In this document: in pieces, positions 26,842 to 35,753 of the stretch
Layout: each line of letters begins with the position of its first letter
How positions within the stretch are numbered: position 1 is the first letter of the stretch
Origin: Escherichia phage phiC120
Reading direction: 5' to 3' (one strand)
Length of the DNA stretch: 64,000 bases
Sequence record: KY703222
Made by a program: the position numbers and the translations under genes
The notes under the pieces: model-generated
The model's database searches: none
What the model saw: the letters and a program-made list of their open reading frames with translations, nothing else
Told to the model about the DNA's origin: nothing

Positions 26842-27380
26842 TCTTTTATTTCCAGTAGTTTATTTGATTTAAGGTAATTAGCCTTTTCTAGGACTTCAGA
26901 AGCATATTTACTTCCAGCACTTGTCTTCCATCCCGCATTATATGAGGATATAGCTTTTCTTATATCCCCGTTATGTATATTTAACCAATAAGAAAATTCG
27001 ATATAAGCCCATCTGGCTGAATTAGACCGCTTAGATAGCATTTTCTTAATTTGGGCATCAGTCATATTATAACCAAGCTGGTTAATTCTTGCCCTCATTG
27101 TTGGTAGATAGTTTTGGAACATTCCATACGCATGGTGACCTTTCTTATCTTTAAGATTAATACCGGCAGATGATTCTTGCCATAGTATTGCGGCCATTAT
27201 GTATCCAAGTCCTTTCTTATGCATATTTTCATGCGTTTTAAATTTTCCGTCCTTAGAAAATTGTTCCCCAAACTGATAAGCATAATTCAAGTTATCGAGT
27301 TGGACATTACTAAAAGTATGCTCGGAGCTATGTGCTGATAATGAAAGAGCAAATAGACCAGCGAGTAGTGCTTTTCTCAT
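26838..27380 (-). CDS. Secreted lytic-transglycosylase-like protein (vs.1 position)
   Basis: Signal peptide MRKALLAGLFALSLSA; LWQESSAG resembles the SLT catalytic E-S motif. Confidence 0.55.
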   Translation of the reverse strand: MRKALLAGLFALSLSAHSSEHTFSNVQLDNLNYAYQFGEQFSKDGKFKTHENMHKKGLGYIMAAILWQESSAGINLKDKKGHHAYGMFQNYLPTMRARINQLGYNMTDAQIKKMLSKRSNSARWAYIEFSYWLNIHNGDIRKAISSYNAGWKTSAGSKYASEVLEKANYLKSNKLLEIKE

Positions 27381-27388
27381 GTTTACCT

Positions 27389-27847
27389 CTAGATTTTAAT
27401 CACTGCTTTAGAAGCTTTTCCTGGTAGTCGTTTATTGTTAATAATAGCCATTCTACATTGAAGAGTCTTCATTTTGAATGCCGGATTTTCGCGACAAACT
27501 GTAAGGCCTAACCAAAGATTTCCATCAGTTATTTCTAAACGGCCTGGGCGGTATTCGACACCTTCGACAAAATCTTCATCAACATCTGGACGTGCCGGCA
27601 TTGATAAAAATTCTGCAACTTCTTTAACGTGATTTTTTACTTTACGAAATAATTCAAAAACGTAATTCTCATCTATTTCTCTCTGGATGGCACGATCTAA
27701 GAGATGTTGAGAATACTTGATATGAAAGCCTGGTAGTCCAAGAGACTTTGCAGCATCTTTTATACCGGCATTGATTTGACGAAACTCCGTTTCAAAGATT
27801 CGACGGAGTTTATTGCGACGGATAAAAACTTCCGAATTGATAGTCAT
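27389..27847 (-). CDS. regB: Endoribonuclease RegB
   Basis: 152 aa; MTINSEVFIRRNKLRR...YSQHLLDRAIQREIDENYVFELF...LQCRMAIINNKRLPGKASKAVIKI matches T4 RegB. Confidence 0.85.
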   Translation of the reverse strand: MTINSEVFIRRNKLRRIFETEFRQINAGIKDAAKSLGLPGFHIKYSQHLLDRAIQREIDENYVFELFRKVKNHVKEVAEFLSMPARPDVDEDFVEGVEYRPGRLEITDGNLWLGLTVCRENPAFKMKTLQCRMAIINNKRLPGKASKAVIKI

Positions 27848-27875
27848 TTTTATTTCTCCTCTAGTTGACAGGTCT

Positions 27876-27904
27876 ATAGTAACACAACTAGAGGAGAAGT
27901 AAAC
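27876..27904 (-). promoter_or_regulatory. Early-type promoter (GTTTAC -35, TACTAT -10) for regB with anti-SD arm in the spacer
   Basis: Minus strand GTTTAC-N17-TACTAT; 12-bp perfect inverted repeat 27856..27867 / 27885..27896 pairs the spacer with the regB SD GAGGAG. Confidence 0.6.
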
Positions 27905-27908
27905 TACT

Positions 27909-28124
27909 TTATTGATAAAATGGAGTTAAAGTCCAAGATTCTTTAGATACCATATCGGCGAAATGTCTCATCTCTTCGATTTGGCGACGACGCTGGTCAG
28001 CATAATCTTCTTCGCCTTCTTCCTTACAATCTTCAAGGTCTTCTTCAAGATACTTTAAGTATTCACTACAAATTTTGTTGACCTTTTCCTGGAAGTCCAA
28101 TAACCCAGTAATAGTAGAAGCCAT
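27909..28124 (-). CDS. Hypothetical acidic protein (vs.3 position)
   Basis: 71-aa ORF. Confidence 0.45.
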   Translation of the reverse strand: MASTITGLLDFQEKVNKICSEYLKYLEEDLEDCKEEGEEDYADQRRRQIEEMRHFADMVSKESWTLTPFYQ

Positions 28125-28390
28125 TAGTATTTTTCCTCAGGACGAAATACTGCACGACAGGCCCACATGCTGGCTTCTTTTAGATGTTGCTTAGCGTACT
28201 TAAGAGCCTGCACTGCATCCATATCTTCTTTGGTTTGATGCTCTGTTTCATTTTCTTTCAAGATATAGGCTTCTTCAATCAGAGCATCAAACATCAATCC
28301 AAGACGGACTTCTGCATCTTTAATAGCGTTCACTTTACCTATTTTATCGTCGGTATGTGGCTTGTAGCCTTTAATATCTTCAATCGACAT
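28124..28390 (-). CDS. Small protein at the T4 vs.4 (Acb2) position; candidate anti-CBASS cyclic-nucleotide sponge
   Basis: ORF 28124..28558 with start at internal Met 28390 (GAGGA SD; ATG overlaps upstream stop); 88 aa MSIEDIKGYKPHTDDKIGKV...; assignment is positional only. Confidence 0.4.
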   Translation of the reverse strand: MSIEDIKGYKPHTDDKIGKVNAIKDAEVRLGLMFDALIEEAYILKENETEHQTKEDMDAVQALKYAKQHLKEASMWACRAVFRPEEKY

Positions 28391-28604
28391 AAGGAATTTC
28401 CTCATCGGTGGCAAGGTCATATTCGACCAATTGGATAGGCTCATTAATACCATATCCACGTACAATGATATCAGTTGTCGGATAGTTTCCAGTAATATCA
28501 CCCATTCTAAATGCTTCAGTGAATGATTGCTCGCCTGAGCAACTAAACCAGGCGGCAAAACATTTTAAAACATCTTCAGACCCTTCTATAATCAATTTAG
28601 CCAT
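28380..28604 (-). CDS. Hypothetical protein (vs.5 position)
   Basis: 74-aa ORF, stop overlaps the next ATG. Confidence 0.45.
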   Translation of the reverse strand: MAKLIIEGSEDVLKCFAAWFSCSGEQSFTEAFRMGDITGNYPTTDIIVRGYGINEPIQLVEYDLATDEEIPYVD

Positions 28605-28966
28605 TATAGACTCTCAGTAAAGGTACGAGCGATAACGTCGCGCTGCTGTTCCGGAGTCAGAGAGTTAAAGCGAACTGCATAACCGGATACACGGATGGTC
28701 AGCTGCGGATATTTTTCCGGATGCTTAACTGCATCTTCCAGAGTTTCCCGACGCAGAACGTTAACGTTCAGATGTTGACCACCTTCAATTTTAACTTTAG
28801 GTTGATGTTCAATTTCAATTTCACGGGCATTCAAACCGTAGAAAATTTCCGGGTCTACAATAGCGTCTTCTTTAAAAGTCTTAGAGACAATAATCCGGGC
28901 TTGAGTACCGTCTTCAAAATAAATAGTGCCTTTATGTGTACCTTCAAGAATTTGATATGCTTTCAT
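28604..28966 (-). CDS. Hypothetical protein (vs.6 position)
   Basis: 120-aa ORF. Confidence 0.5.
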   Translation of the reverse strand: MKAYQILEGTHKGTIYFEDGTQARIIVSKTFKEDAIVDPEIFYGLNAREIEIEHQPKVKIEGGQHLNVNVLRRETLEDAVKHPEKYPQLTIRVSGYAVRFNSLTPEQQRDVIARTFTESL

Positions 28967-28972
28967 ATAACC

Positions 28973-29281
28973 TCAATTAGAAAATAAATTTATCCAAGTT
29001 TTTTCTTTAATCAAAAATGGGTCGGAATTAAACGCCATTAAACTTTGAGTGATTAATCCCTTAAATGGCCCATCAATAAATTCCATTTTGAAATGCGGAA
29101 TACTAGTCATCAGTCGTGCATTAGGAGCAGTACAAAGAACCTGCTGCCCTGCGAACGGACCTTTAGTCAAACGATATCGTTTAGGTTTAAAATGGTAAAT
29201 CTCGTAATTTTCTACAAGAGCCCTTTTATTGCATACTGGGCTGTTATAACAATACTCAAAAACTTCAATAGTGGTCATCAT
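28973..29281 (-). CDS. Hypothetical protein (vs.7 position)
   Basis: 102-aa ORF. Confidence 0.45.
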   Translation of the reverse strand: MMTTIEVFEYCYNSPVCNKRALVENYEIYHFKPKRYRLTKGPFAGQQVLCTAPNARLMTSIPHFKMEFIDGPFKGLITQSLMAFNSDPFLIKEKTWINLFSN

Positions 29282-29817
29282 TGCATTCCAATCACAAAAA
29301 ATTGAGGACGAGCATTACCGCCGTTGCAATATTTGCTTTTGCAACAGTGTTGGACTGTTTTAATATGTACATTGTAAATCTTATCCATATCAGGAGCTTT
29401 AATAGGCTCGTCAATTATGTATAGAATACGAGAAAGCGTTAATCCACGGAATTTAGAACCTTCATTGCCAATAAAACTACGAACAGAATCAGTAAATAAA
29501 CGGAATCGAATATCGTCGCTAGAATAACGAGAAAATTCTTTTTTAATGTTGCCAGCAGAAATTTTAGAATAAGCTGAAGTATTAGAAAGAACAATAACTG
29601 TTCCGCCATCATACAGCCAATTAACAGCAAAATTAGTTACTGCGGTCGATTTACCTGATTGTCTGCCGCCGTCTAAACGAAGTGTACAGTACTGCTTGAG
29701 TACGTCTTCAAATGGTGGGGCATAACCGTTCTTACAAATTTCTTCTACTCTAGCATCAGAATGGTGTGTAAAAGCATTCATCAGGGATAGATAAGGTCCG
29801 GTTAAAAATGTTCTCAT
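29278..29817 (-). CDS. P-loop NTPase (vs.8 position)
   Basis: 179 aa; Walker A LDGGRQSGKSTAV. Confidence 0.5.
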   Translation of the reverse strand: MRTFLTGPYLSLMNAFTHHSDARVEEICKNGYAPPFEDVLKQYCTLRLDGGRQSGKSTAVTNFAVNWLYDGGTVIVLSNTSAYSKISAGNIKKEFSRYSSDDIRFRLFTDSVRSFIGNEGSKFRGLTLSRILYIIDEPIKAPDMDKIYNVHIKTVQHCCKSKYCNGGNARPQFFVIGMQ

Positions 29818-29991
29818 TTAGTTTCTCTTTTAGGTTGGGGCCATTCCATGGCACATGTTAGGTCCTTCGACTCGCTATGTAAACCCATTACCGCACTTGG
29901 GCTCGACCTTATTACAGGTTGGAAAAGGTACATCACTCAGAGGACTCGACGTTCATGAGGAGAGGTTGCGTTTCCCTTTATTAGGCAAGAA

Positions 29992-30321
29992 TTATACTCT
30001 AGGCTTTTGAGCTTGTTTGGTATTGGATTCCCATGCGGCTTTGGTAATTTTGTTAGCGGCATAACCAAAGGCATTAGATAGAACACCTTTAGAGTTGAAT
30101 ACATCCAATCCAATAAGTACACCAGCTGCGTTAAATTTAGGAGCAAAGTATGCATTAGTTTTAGAAAGAGCTTTTTTCAATTCAGGGTCTTGAACCAAGC
30201 CATCAAAAACGCCTTTACCATTTACTTTATATGTTACTTTGGGATTTTTACCTTCTTCGATAGCAGCTTTCTGTTCCGCAGATAATGTAACTTCAGTGAT
30301 AAATTCTTGATACGTTTTCAT
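29992..30321 (-). CDS. Internal protein with capsid targeting sequence (IP-like)
   Basis: N-terminus MKTYQEFITE equals the T4 internal-protein capsid targeting sequence; Ala/Lys-rich 109 aa. Confidence 0.7.
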   Translation of the reverse strand: MKTYQEFITEVTLSAEQKAAIEEGKNPKVTYKVNGKGVFDGLVQDPELKKALSKTNAYFAPKFNAAGVLIGLDVFNSKGVLSNAFGYAANKITKAAWESNTKQAQKPRV

Positions 30322-30350
30322 ATGTTTCCTTTAAATGTAAATAGGCCTTA

Positions 30351-30929
30351 TTAATTACCACGGGCCGCATTAGCGACGGCGTAAGCGTACTGAACATTAG
30401 CGTCTTTAAACGTACCTTTAGAGGTATCTATTTCTGCCTTAAAGCCACCTTTAGCCATAACATCGGCAAATTCTTTACGGAAAGTCATTGCATCAAGACC
30501 TTTCCATGATGATTTATGCTTGGCAAATTCAAGACCAGCGTAGTTGACAGCTTTAGCCAATTTATTATCAATGACCCATTTACCTGCTTTAGGCACAAAC
30601 TTCGGGCCTTTTTGTTTAGAGAACAGTTTTAAATTCCAGCGACGAAGGTCACTGTCGGCTTTAACAAAAGCTGCGTCTAAGTTACTAGCAACAACATCTT
30701 CAATATGAGCAAATTTAAGTCCGTCAACTTCAATATTTAGATCGTTACGCCAGCGTAGTCCTTCCCAAGCGAAGGCTTTAAAATCAGAAGCTTTTGTGGC
30801 TAGATATCGTTCAAGTGGAGCAGTTTTAGGGTCAAAACCATTTCCGCCACGATAATTCCACTCGTCCTTATTAATGCCTTGAGCTTTTCCTGCAAAGGCC
30901 TCGGCGATAAATTCTTTATATGTTTTCAT
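30351..30929 (-). CDS. Internal protein with capsid targeting sequence (IP-like)
   Basis: N-terminus MKTYKEFIAE; 192 aa. Confidence 0.7.
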   Translation of the reverse strand: MKTYKEFIAEAFAGKAQGINKDEWNYRGGNGFDPKTAPLERYLATKASDFKAFAWEGLRWRNDLNIEVDGLKFAHIEDVVASNLDAAFVKADSDLRRWNLKLFSKQKGPKFVPKAGKWVIDNKLAKAVNYAGLEFAKHKSSWKGLDAMTFRKEFADVMAKGGFKAEIDTSKGTFKDANVQYAYAVANAARGN

Positions 30930-30959
30930 TTTTGTTTCCTTGTTTGTTTTGATAGAGTA

Positions 30960-30989
30960 ATTATACCATATTAATACTTAAGCGTAAAC
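30960..30989 (-). promoter_or_regulatory. Early-type promoter GTTTAC-N18-TATAAT
   Basis: Upstream of the IP-like gene 30351..30929. Confidence 0.5.
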
Positions 30990-30992
30990 AAT

Positions 30993-31253
30993 TTAAGCTT
31001 TACCGCCAGAAATAATTCCGAAGTTGTTAAAATCGTATCCAATATCATCAGCATCTACTTTAGGACTTGCTACAACATAAGCAATTTCACTACGTTTTGC
31101 ATAGGTGTTGATTTCTTTACCATCGCCACCTAAGAAAGAATACCCATTACGTTTTAATGAGCCAAAGTCTTCCGCATCACCAATGAAAGCTTTAACTTTA
31201 AATTTGGGGTCTTTGGCATCCGCTTCAGTGATAAATTCTTGATACATTTTCAT
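30993..31253 (-). CDS. Internal protein with capsid targeting sequence (IP-like)
   Basis: N-terminus MKMYQEFITE; 86 aa. Confidence 0.65.
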   Translation of the reverse strand: MKMYQEFITEADAKDPKFKVKAFIGDAEDFGSLKRNGYSFLGGDGKEINTYAKRSEIAYVVASPKVDADDIGYDFNNFGIISGGKA

Positions 31254-31259
31254 TTTTCC

Positions 31260-31673
31260 TTAGTAAATTGATTTACCATAGTATTTGTACCAAGTGGGAC
31301 GTTGAGCAATTTTTTCATCTAAGCGTGCTTGACTTATCGCAATGGACGCTTCGGACGGGACATAATTATTACGAAATTCTACAGGAATGTCGGAAATATC
31401 CTGGACTGTCGTGTCCTTGATTTTGAAACCACGTTTCAAACATTCAGCTATTAGCTCGATTTGACGTAAACGTAAAAATTCGAGTTTGTCGTAAAAGAAT
31501 GTTACGTGGCCCGTGCCTAAAATAAATGTTGGAGAGATTTTAAAATCTTTTACACGTTTACCATTTTGAACATGTTTACGGACTGCACCGAATACACGAG
31601 GTAATTCACGATACTCAGCCATAAGATGTTGGTCGGTCAGTTCAGAAACAAGTGTTAAATTGATACGAGTCAT
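31260..31673 (-). CDS. denV: Endonuclease V (pyrimidine-dimer DNA glycosylase) DenV
   Basis: [34 protein letters not shown]...[10 protein letters not shown] matches T4 endo V; start at internal Met of ORF 31260..31685. Confidence 0.92.
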   Translation of the reverse strand: MTRINLTLVSELTDQHLMAEYRELPRVFGAVRKHVQNGKRVKDFKISPTFILGTGHVTFFYDKLEFLRLRQIELIAECLKRGFKIKDTTVQDISDIPVEFRNNYVPSEASIAISQARLDEKIAQRPTWYKYYGKSIY

Positions 31674-31700
31674 AATTTCCTCCAAGTAGTTGATAGATGT

Positions 31701-31730
31701 ATAGTATCAAAACCCTTGGAGGAAGTAAAC
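31701..31730 (-). promoter_or_regulatory. Early-type promoter for denV with anti-SD arm in the spacer
   Basis: GTTTAC -35 at 31725..31730; 10-bp perfect inverted repeat 31677..31686 / 31715..31724 pairs the spacer with the denV SD GGAGG. Confidence 0.6.
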
Positions 31731-31731
31731 A

Positions 31732-32013
31732 CTATTTTTCTGAAGCGCCTGAAATATATTTTTCAAGACGTTGTTTCATTAACGAGCCGTTCTTAGCGAT
31801 TTCTTCCGGTTTATCGCACATACGCAGCAGTGCTTCAAGCTTAACGATATCACTGGTGCGCTCAAATTTGCGAGTATCTATCTTACTGGCAAGTTCAGAA
31901 ATACGTGCTAATAGACTTTCAGCTTCAACTAAAGCTGCACCTAGCTTAGTTGCAAATGTGTCAGTAGCTTCGTTAAGAATAGATTCTGATAAAAATTCAC
32001 TATATGTTTTCAT
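31732..32013 (-). CDS. Internal protein with capsid targeting sequence (ipII/ipIII position)
   Basis: Start at internal Met gives [10 protein letters not shown]; sits between denV and e as T4 ipII/ipIII do. Confidence 0.65.
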   Translation of the reverse strand: MKTYSEFLSESILNEATDTFATKLGAALVEAESLLARISELASKIDTRKFERTSDIVKLEALLRMCDKPEEIAKNGSLMKQRLEKYISGASEK

Positions 32014-32498
32014 ATATACGCTTTCCAAGTTCCTGTTTTAAATGTTGAGATTACGCGTTTCGCGCGATTAGGTGTCTGACGATACCATTTAGATTGGGCT
32101 AGATTTACTGCCGCTTCATCCCAACGTTTCTGTTGAAGCATACGAAGAGAATTAGTAAAACCAGCAACGCCTGCTACACCCATTTGAAAGACCATATTGA
32201 CCAATGCACATCGACGAACCGCATCTAAAGAATCATATACCGGTTTAAGTTTAGCATTACCCAAGATTCCGCGAACGGCTTTATCGACGTCTTCATTAAA
32301 TAGCTTTTCAGCCTCATCAAGGGTAATTGTACCGTTGCATTTACGACCGATCATTCTGTCAAGTTCAGCTTTAGCTACGGCTAAAGACGGGTTCTTTGTT
32401 ACTAAATGGCCTATGCCAATCGTCCAAAAGCCTTCGGTGTCTTTGTATAAAGTCAGTCTAAGACCTTCGTCATTACGAAGCATTTCAAATATATTCAT
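32010..32498 (-). CDS. e: Lysozyme (endolysin)
   Basis: 162 aa [32 protein letters not shown]...[18 protein letters not shown], near-identical to T4 lysozyme including the catalytic Glu/Asp/Thr context. Confidence 0.97.
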   Translation of the reverse strand: MNIFEMLRNDEGLRLTLYKDTEGFWTIGIGHLVTKNPSLAVAKAELDRMIGRKCNGTITLDEAEKLFNEDVDKAVRGILGNAKLKPVYDSLDAVRRCALVNMVFQMGVAGVAGFTNSLRMLQQKRWDEAAVNLAQSKWYRQTPNRAKRVISTFKTGTWKAYI

Positions 32499-32500
32499 AA

Positions 32501-32524
32501 TACCTCCTACGTTTATAGGAGGTA
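32501..32524 (-). promoter_or_regulatory. RBS-sequestering hairpin upstream of lysozyme gene e
   Basis: Perfect 9-bp inverted repeat TACCTCCTA / TAGGAGGTA; the SD AGGAGG is in the 3' arm 4 nt from the ATG; loop contains a late-promoter-like TATAAACG. Confidence 0.7.
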
Positions 32525-32532
32525 TTTATTAC

Positions 32533-32991
32533 TTATAGGATGGTAGTGAGCACCTTATATAATGATTTGCCCATTACATATTCCCATTGAGAAGGTTTAA
32601 TTAAAGCGAATGCATCAAATTCAGGAATCTGTCGTCCGTCTGGGAATGTATGATAGGAATTACAAACACTGTTTCTGAATTGCTCGTGCTCTACAGGGAT
32701 GGTATATTGGAATAGATGAATATTCTTATTGTCTGAGTAATGATGTTCGCCTAGGTCTTTCAGGAAGGCAGGGTCATATTGTGTAAACCCAGTTTCTTCT
32801 TCGCATTCACGAATAGCGGCTTCAATAGGAGATTCACCTGGCTCGACACGGCCTTTAGGAATATCCCACCGATGAGCTAATGCACCTTTAGGACGAGAAC
32901 CAGTTACACGGCCCATGAATAACTCTTTATCTTTTGTCATGAAGATAATACCGGCTGATAGTTCTTTCACTTTATTTTTCTTACTCATCAT
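32533..32991 (-). CDS. nudE: Nudix hydrolase NudE (e.1)
   Basis: Nudix box GRVEPGESPIEAAIRECEEETG. Confidence 0.88.
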   Translation of the reverse strand: MMSKKNKVKELSAGIIFMTKDKELFMGRVTGSRPKGALAHRWDIPKGRVEPGESPIEAAIRECEEETGFTQYDPAFLKDLGEHHYSDNKNIHLFQYTIPVEHEQFRNSVCNSYHTFPDGRQIPEFDAFALIKPSQWEYVMGKSLYKVLTTIL

Positions 32992-33232
32992 CTCGGTCCC
33001 ATGATTTGGCCATTAATTCGGACATAAATTCTTCAATGCGCGTTTCTTTAGATGGACTTTCACTATTAGAAACCGCAAGTTTGTAATCTGCAATAGGACA
33101 GAACATATCAAGGTCCATATTAAGATCGTCTTTGATTTTTTCTTCTGACACATCTTTATCATATGTGTACAGATAACTATCACATGATTCTGATTTAATG
33201 TAAATTGCTATACTCATCTCAAATTCCTGCAT
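32981..33232 (-). CDS. Hypothetical acidic protein
   Basis: 83-aa ORF. Confidence 0.45.
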   Translation of the reverse strand: MQEFEMSIAIYIKSESCDSYLYTYDKDVSEEKIKDDLNMDLDMFCPIADYKLAVSNSESPSKETRIEEFMSELMAKSWDRDDE

Positions 33233-33705
33233 TCGGTAATAAAACGTTCAACTTCATTATTCTTGGCCTTTATCTTGTCTTTACGTTCCTGTAAACTACT
33301 TTTAACAAGATTAATAATGATGCCTATAGTACCTCCACCAATAATACCACCAATAATACTTACGATAGTAGATGCTAATAATATAGCGATAATATCTGGT
33401 ATGGCAAAGGCACTTACTTTAGTACTAAAAAACCATACCGACGGTACAAATATAATCCATCCTGTTATCCATTGGCACTTATTGAAAAACTTTTCAAGCT
33501 CAGCTTGAGTTGTTCGTATTACTTCATCGATAGGTTGATATCCATTAATGTATCTGTTCACGATAATACCTGCTGGCTGGTCGATTTTAAATTCTTGACA
33601 AATACGTTTCACTAAGTAGGATGGACATCCTGTCCAATCTACTGAATAGTACGAAATACCTTCATTACCGTCGTCTATATTAGACCAATATGTTTTGTTA
33701 ATCAT
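33214..33705 (-). CDS. Membrane protein
   Basis: 163 aa; hydrophobic segments WITGWIIFVPSVWFF and IIAILLASTIVSIIGGIIGGGTIGIIINLV. Confidence 0.5.
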   Translation of the reverse strand: MINKTYWSNIDDGNEGISYYSVDWTGCPSYLVKRICQEFKIDQPAGIIVNRYINGYQPIDEVIRTTQAELEKFFNKCQWITGWIIFVPSVWFFSTKVSAFAIPDIIAILLASTIVSIIGGIIGGGTIGIIINLVKSSLQERKDKIKAKNNEVERFITECRNLR

Positions 33706-34391
33706 TACCAGCCTTCCATAGGGAATTCCAGATAAACTTGAGCATTGACACGAATTTCATTAGTAATCTTTTTAACTCGGTCTGTATTACGAGATACACG
33801 TCCGAACCAACGCCATCCATTACTAATTGCACGAGAACCAGTGTGCCATGTTTGCCAATCAAACTGAAGAAGAGTACGGTCCGGAGCTTCCCATTTCTCT
33901 AGTTCACCTTTTTCAATTTTTTCGAGGACTTCTTTGTGCCACTGGCGATAGATAAGTTCGCCATCAGGAATCTGACTGAACTCTGCAGTTCCTGTTGCAA
34001 AATGAGTAGGACACACATCAGCGTTAACAAGACCAAGAATATGTTCAGAATGGTAACGAGGGTTATCATAGTCAGGTTGTCCTGCAGTAATAAAGTGTTG
34101 GCCGACTGGAATATCAGGGCGAGGAACATCATCATGGTGATATCCAGGAATAGCAGGATACCAACCAGGCATCAGCATGTGGACTCGTGAATCAAATACT
34201 ACATCCGAGCCTTTCCAATCGTCAGGGAGATTTTGGATAAAGCTACGAGTAATTGGACCACCGTTATCCCAAGCAAAACTCAAATCACAGTTAAAGAACA
34301 TTGGTTCATTTTTGATTTGGTCATTTTGTACGTTATGAGCAAAACCACCTACTGCACGAGCTTGACTATTAAACACTTTAGAACTATTCAT
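33705..34391 (-). CDS. Hypothetical protein (His/Asp-rich)
   Basis: 228-aa ORF; GYHHDDV and HSEH clusters of unclear significance. Confidence 0.5.
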   Translation of the reverse strand: MNSSKVFNSQARAVGGFAHNVQNDQIKNEPMFFNCDLSFAWDNGGPITRSFIQNLPDDWKGSDVVFDSRVHMLMPGWYPAIPGYHHDDVPRPDIPVGQHFITAGQPDYDNPRYHSEHILGLVNADVCPTHFATGTAEFSQIPDGELIYRQWHKEVLEKIEKGELEKWEAPDRTLLQFDWQTWHTGSRAISNGWRWFGRVSRNTDRVKKITNEIRVNAQVYLEFPMEGW

Positions 34392-34392
34392 A

Positions 34393-34698
34393 TTATTTTC
34401 CTCGGCATTCTTTAATGAAATTTTCTAGATTGGTAGATTCAATAGCTTTTTTACGAGCTTCTGCATGTTCTTCTTCAGACAATTTACATTTATAATTAAC
34501 CCAGACGTTATGGTCAAAACTAGTCGTGGCATATAATAACAAAGCCCCGACGAATAATAAAAATGGTGATAAGAATACAAAACCAGGAACACCATCCATA
34601 TCGTAAGCCTTTTGTAATACTGCAACAGAAAGAGCTGCGTAAAAAGGTGATGCAAATATTGTAAAAAGACCAATTCGGTTGGTTTCGCCTAATTTCAT
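34393..34698 (-). CDS. Membrane protein
   Basis: 101 aa with two hydrophobic helices. Confidence 0.5.
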   Translation of the reverse strand: MKLGETNRIGLFTIFASPFYAALSVAVLQKAYDMDGVPGFVFLSPFLLFVGALLLYATTSFDHNVWVNYKCKLSEEEHAEARKKAIESTNLENFIKECRGK

Positions 34699-34726
34699 AA
34701 TATTCTCCTCATGTTTTAATAGGACT

Positions 34727-34756
34727 ACTATAACATAGTCCTATAATTGTGTAAAC
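34727..34756 (-). promoter_or_regulatory. Early-type promoter GTTTAC-N18-TATAGT inside palindrome ATAGGACTA / TAGTCCTAT
   Basis: Upstream of gene 34393..34698. Confidence 0.5.
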
Positions 34757-34768
34757 AGTTTTGTGAAA

Positions 34769-35725
34769 TTATTTGAAAGGTTTTACCATATGGAAATTTT
34801 GTTTGAAACGTTTGACGTAATCATCATGTCCTAAGCTTTGATACATACTTACTACTTTGCTGTAGTTTTCCCAAGCGTATTCACGAAACCAACCGGAGGT
34901 GATGCTTGTACAGACTTTTTCCAATGCCATCATAAAACTATCACGTGGATGGATTTTAAAGTCATTAGGAATCTGAGAACGTTCTAATGCTAGTACACAT
35001 GATTCTTCGTATACACCGGCTAATTTGACCATTTCTGGTAATGATTCGAACTTCTCGCGTGAGGTCATGACTTCAGAACCATCTTTCATATAAAATGTAT
35101 ACGCTGGACGGTCTGTTAGTGCAATGGCTTCGTGAATAGTATCATGATCGTATGTGTAGATATCATCTTTAAAGAATGCGCTTTTAGAAGTGTCAAGAAC
35201 TGGGTGAGCATAGTTCAAGGTTTCTTTCTGGCGTTTCAGCATAATTTCAGTAAGTTCATCGTTCAGTTTAACACCTTTACCACGAAGATACTGAATATGG
35301 TTCATAGTCTTTAAAAAGAATGGATTATTTTTCTTGAAACGATGAGACATCTTAATTGCAAGACACAACTCAGGAGTTGCCCAGTAAAACCCGTTCAAAC
35401 GGTCTTTAGTCAAATTTTTCTTGGCATATTTTAAAAGGTCATAAGAAGACGTGAAATCTTCAGGAGTGAGTTCACCGACTAATTCACGGACATTAGTGAT
35501 TGCCGGAACAATATATGCTTCAAAATGAGTTTCGCGTCCATTATGGAAGCATTTGAAAACTTGGACATCAGGGTTATCTTGGTGAACATATACGCCCATC
35601 ATTTGATTTTTGAATGCATTCCAAGAACCTTGGTCCGCAATAAAGTCCCAATCGCTATTTTTGATAGCGCTAGAATCAATAAGACCATGATAGTGAAGTG
35701 CACGAGAACCAATAACCAACATCAT
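34769..35725 (-). CDS. Hypothetical protein
   Basis: 318-aa ORF; N-terminal IGSRALHYHG...SDWDF weakly reminiscent of a nucleotidyltransferase motif. Confidence 0.5.
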   Translation of the reverse strand: MMLVIGSRALHYHGLIDSSAIKNSDWDFIADQGSWNAFKNQMMGVYVHQDNPDVQVFKCFHNGRETHFEAYIVPAITNVRELVGELTPEDFTSSYDLLKYAKKNLTKDRLNGFYWATPELCLAIKMSHRFKKNNPFFLKTMNHIQYLRGKGVKLNDELTEIMLKRQKETLNYAHPVLDTSKSAFFKDDIYTYDHDTIHEAIALTDRPAYTFYMKDGSEVMTSREKFESLPEMVKLAGVYEESCVLALERSQIPNDFKIHPRDSFMMALEKVCTSITSGWFREYAWENYSKVVSMYQSLGHDDYVKRFKQNFHMVKPFK

Positions 35726-35753
35726 AATATTTTCCTCGGATTAATTCATTAAC

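Noticed and set aside
32510-32520. Canonical late promoter for lysozyme gene e
   Set aside because: The loop sequence reads TATAAACG, not the exact TATAAATA octamer, so it is recorded only as part of the regulatory hairpin and not as a confident promoter.
33705-34391. Possible 2OG-Fe(II) oxygenase (HxD...H) in the 228-aa protein
   Set aside because: The His/Asp clusters (YHHDDV, HSEH) do not fit the canonical spacing confidently by eye; left as hypothetical.
34769-35725. Possible second nucleotidyltransferase (IGSRALHYHG...SDWDF)
   Set aside because: The GS-to-DxD spacing is about 20 residues, longer than typical, and no third acidic motif was evident; too weak to call.
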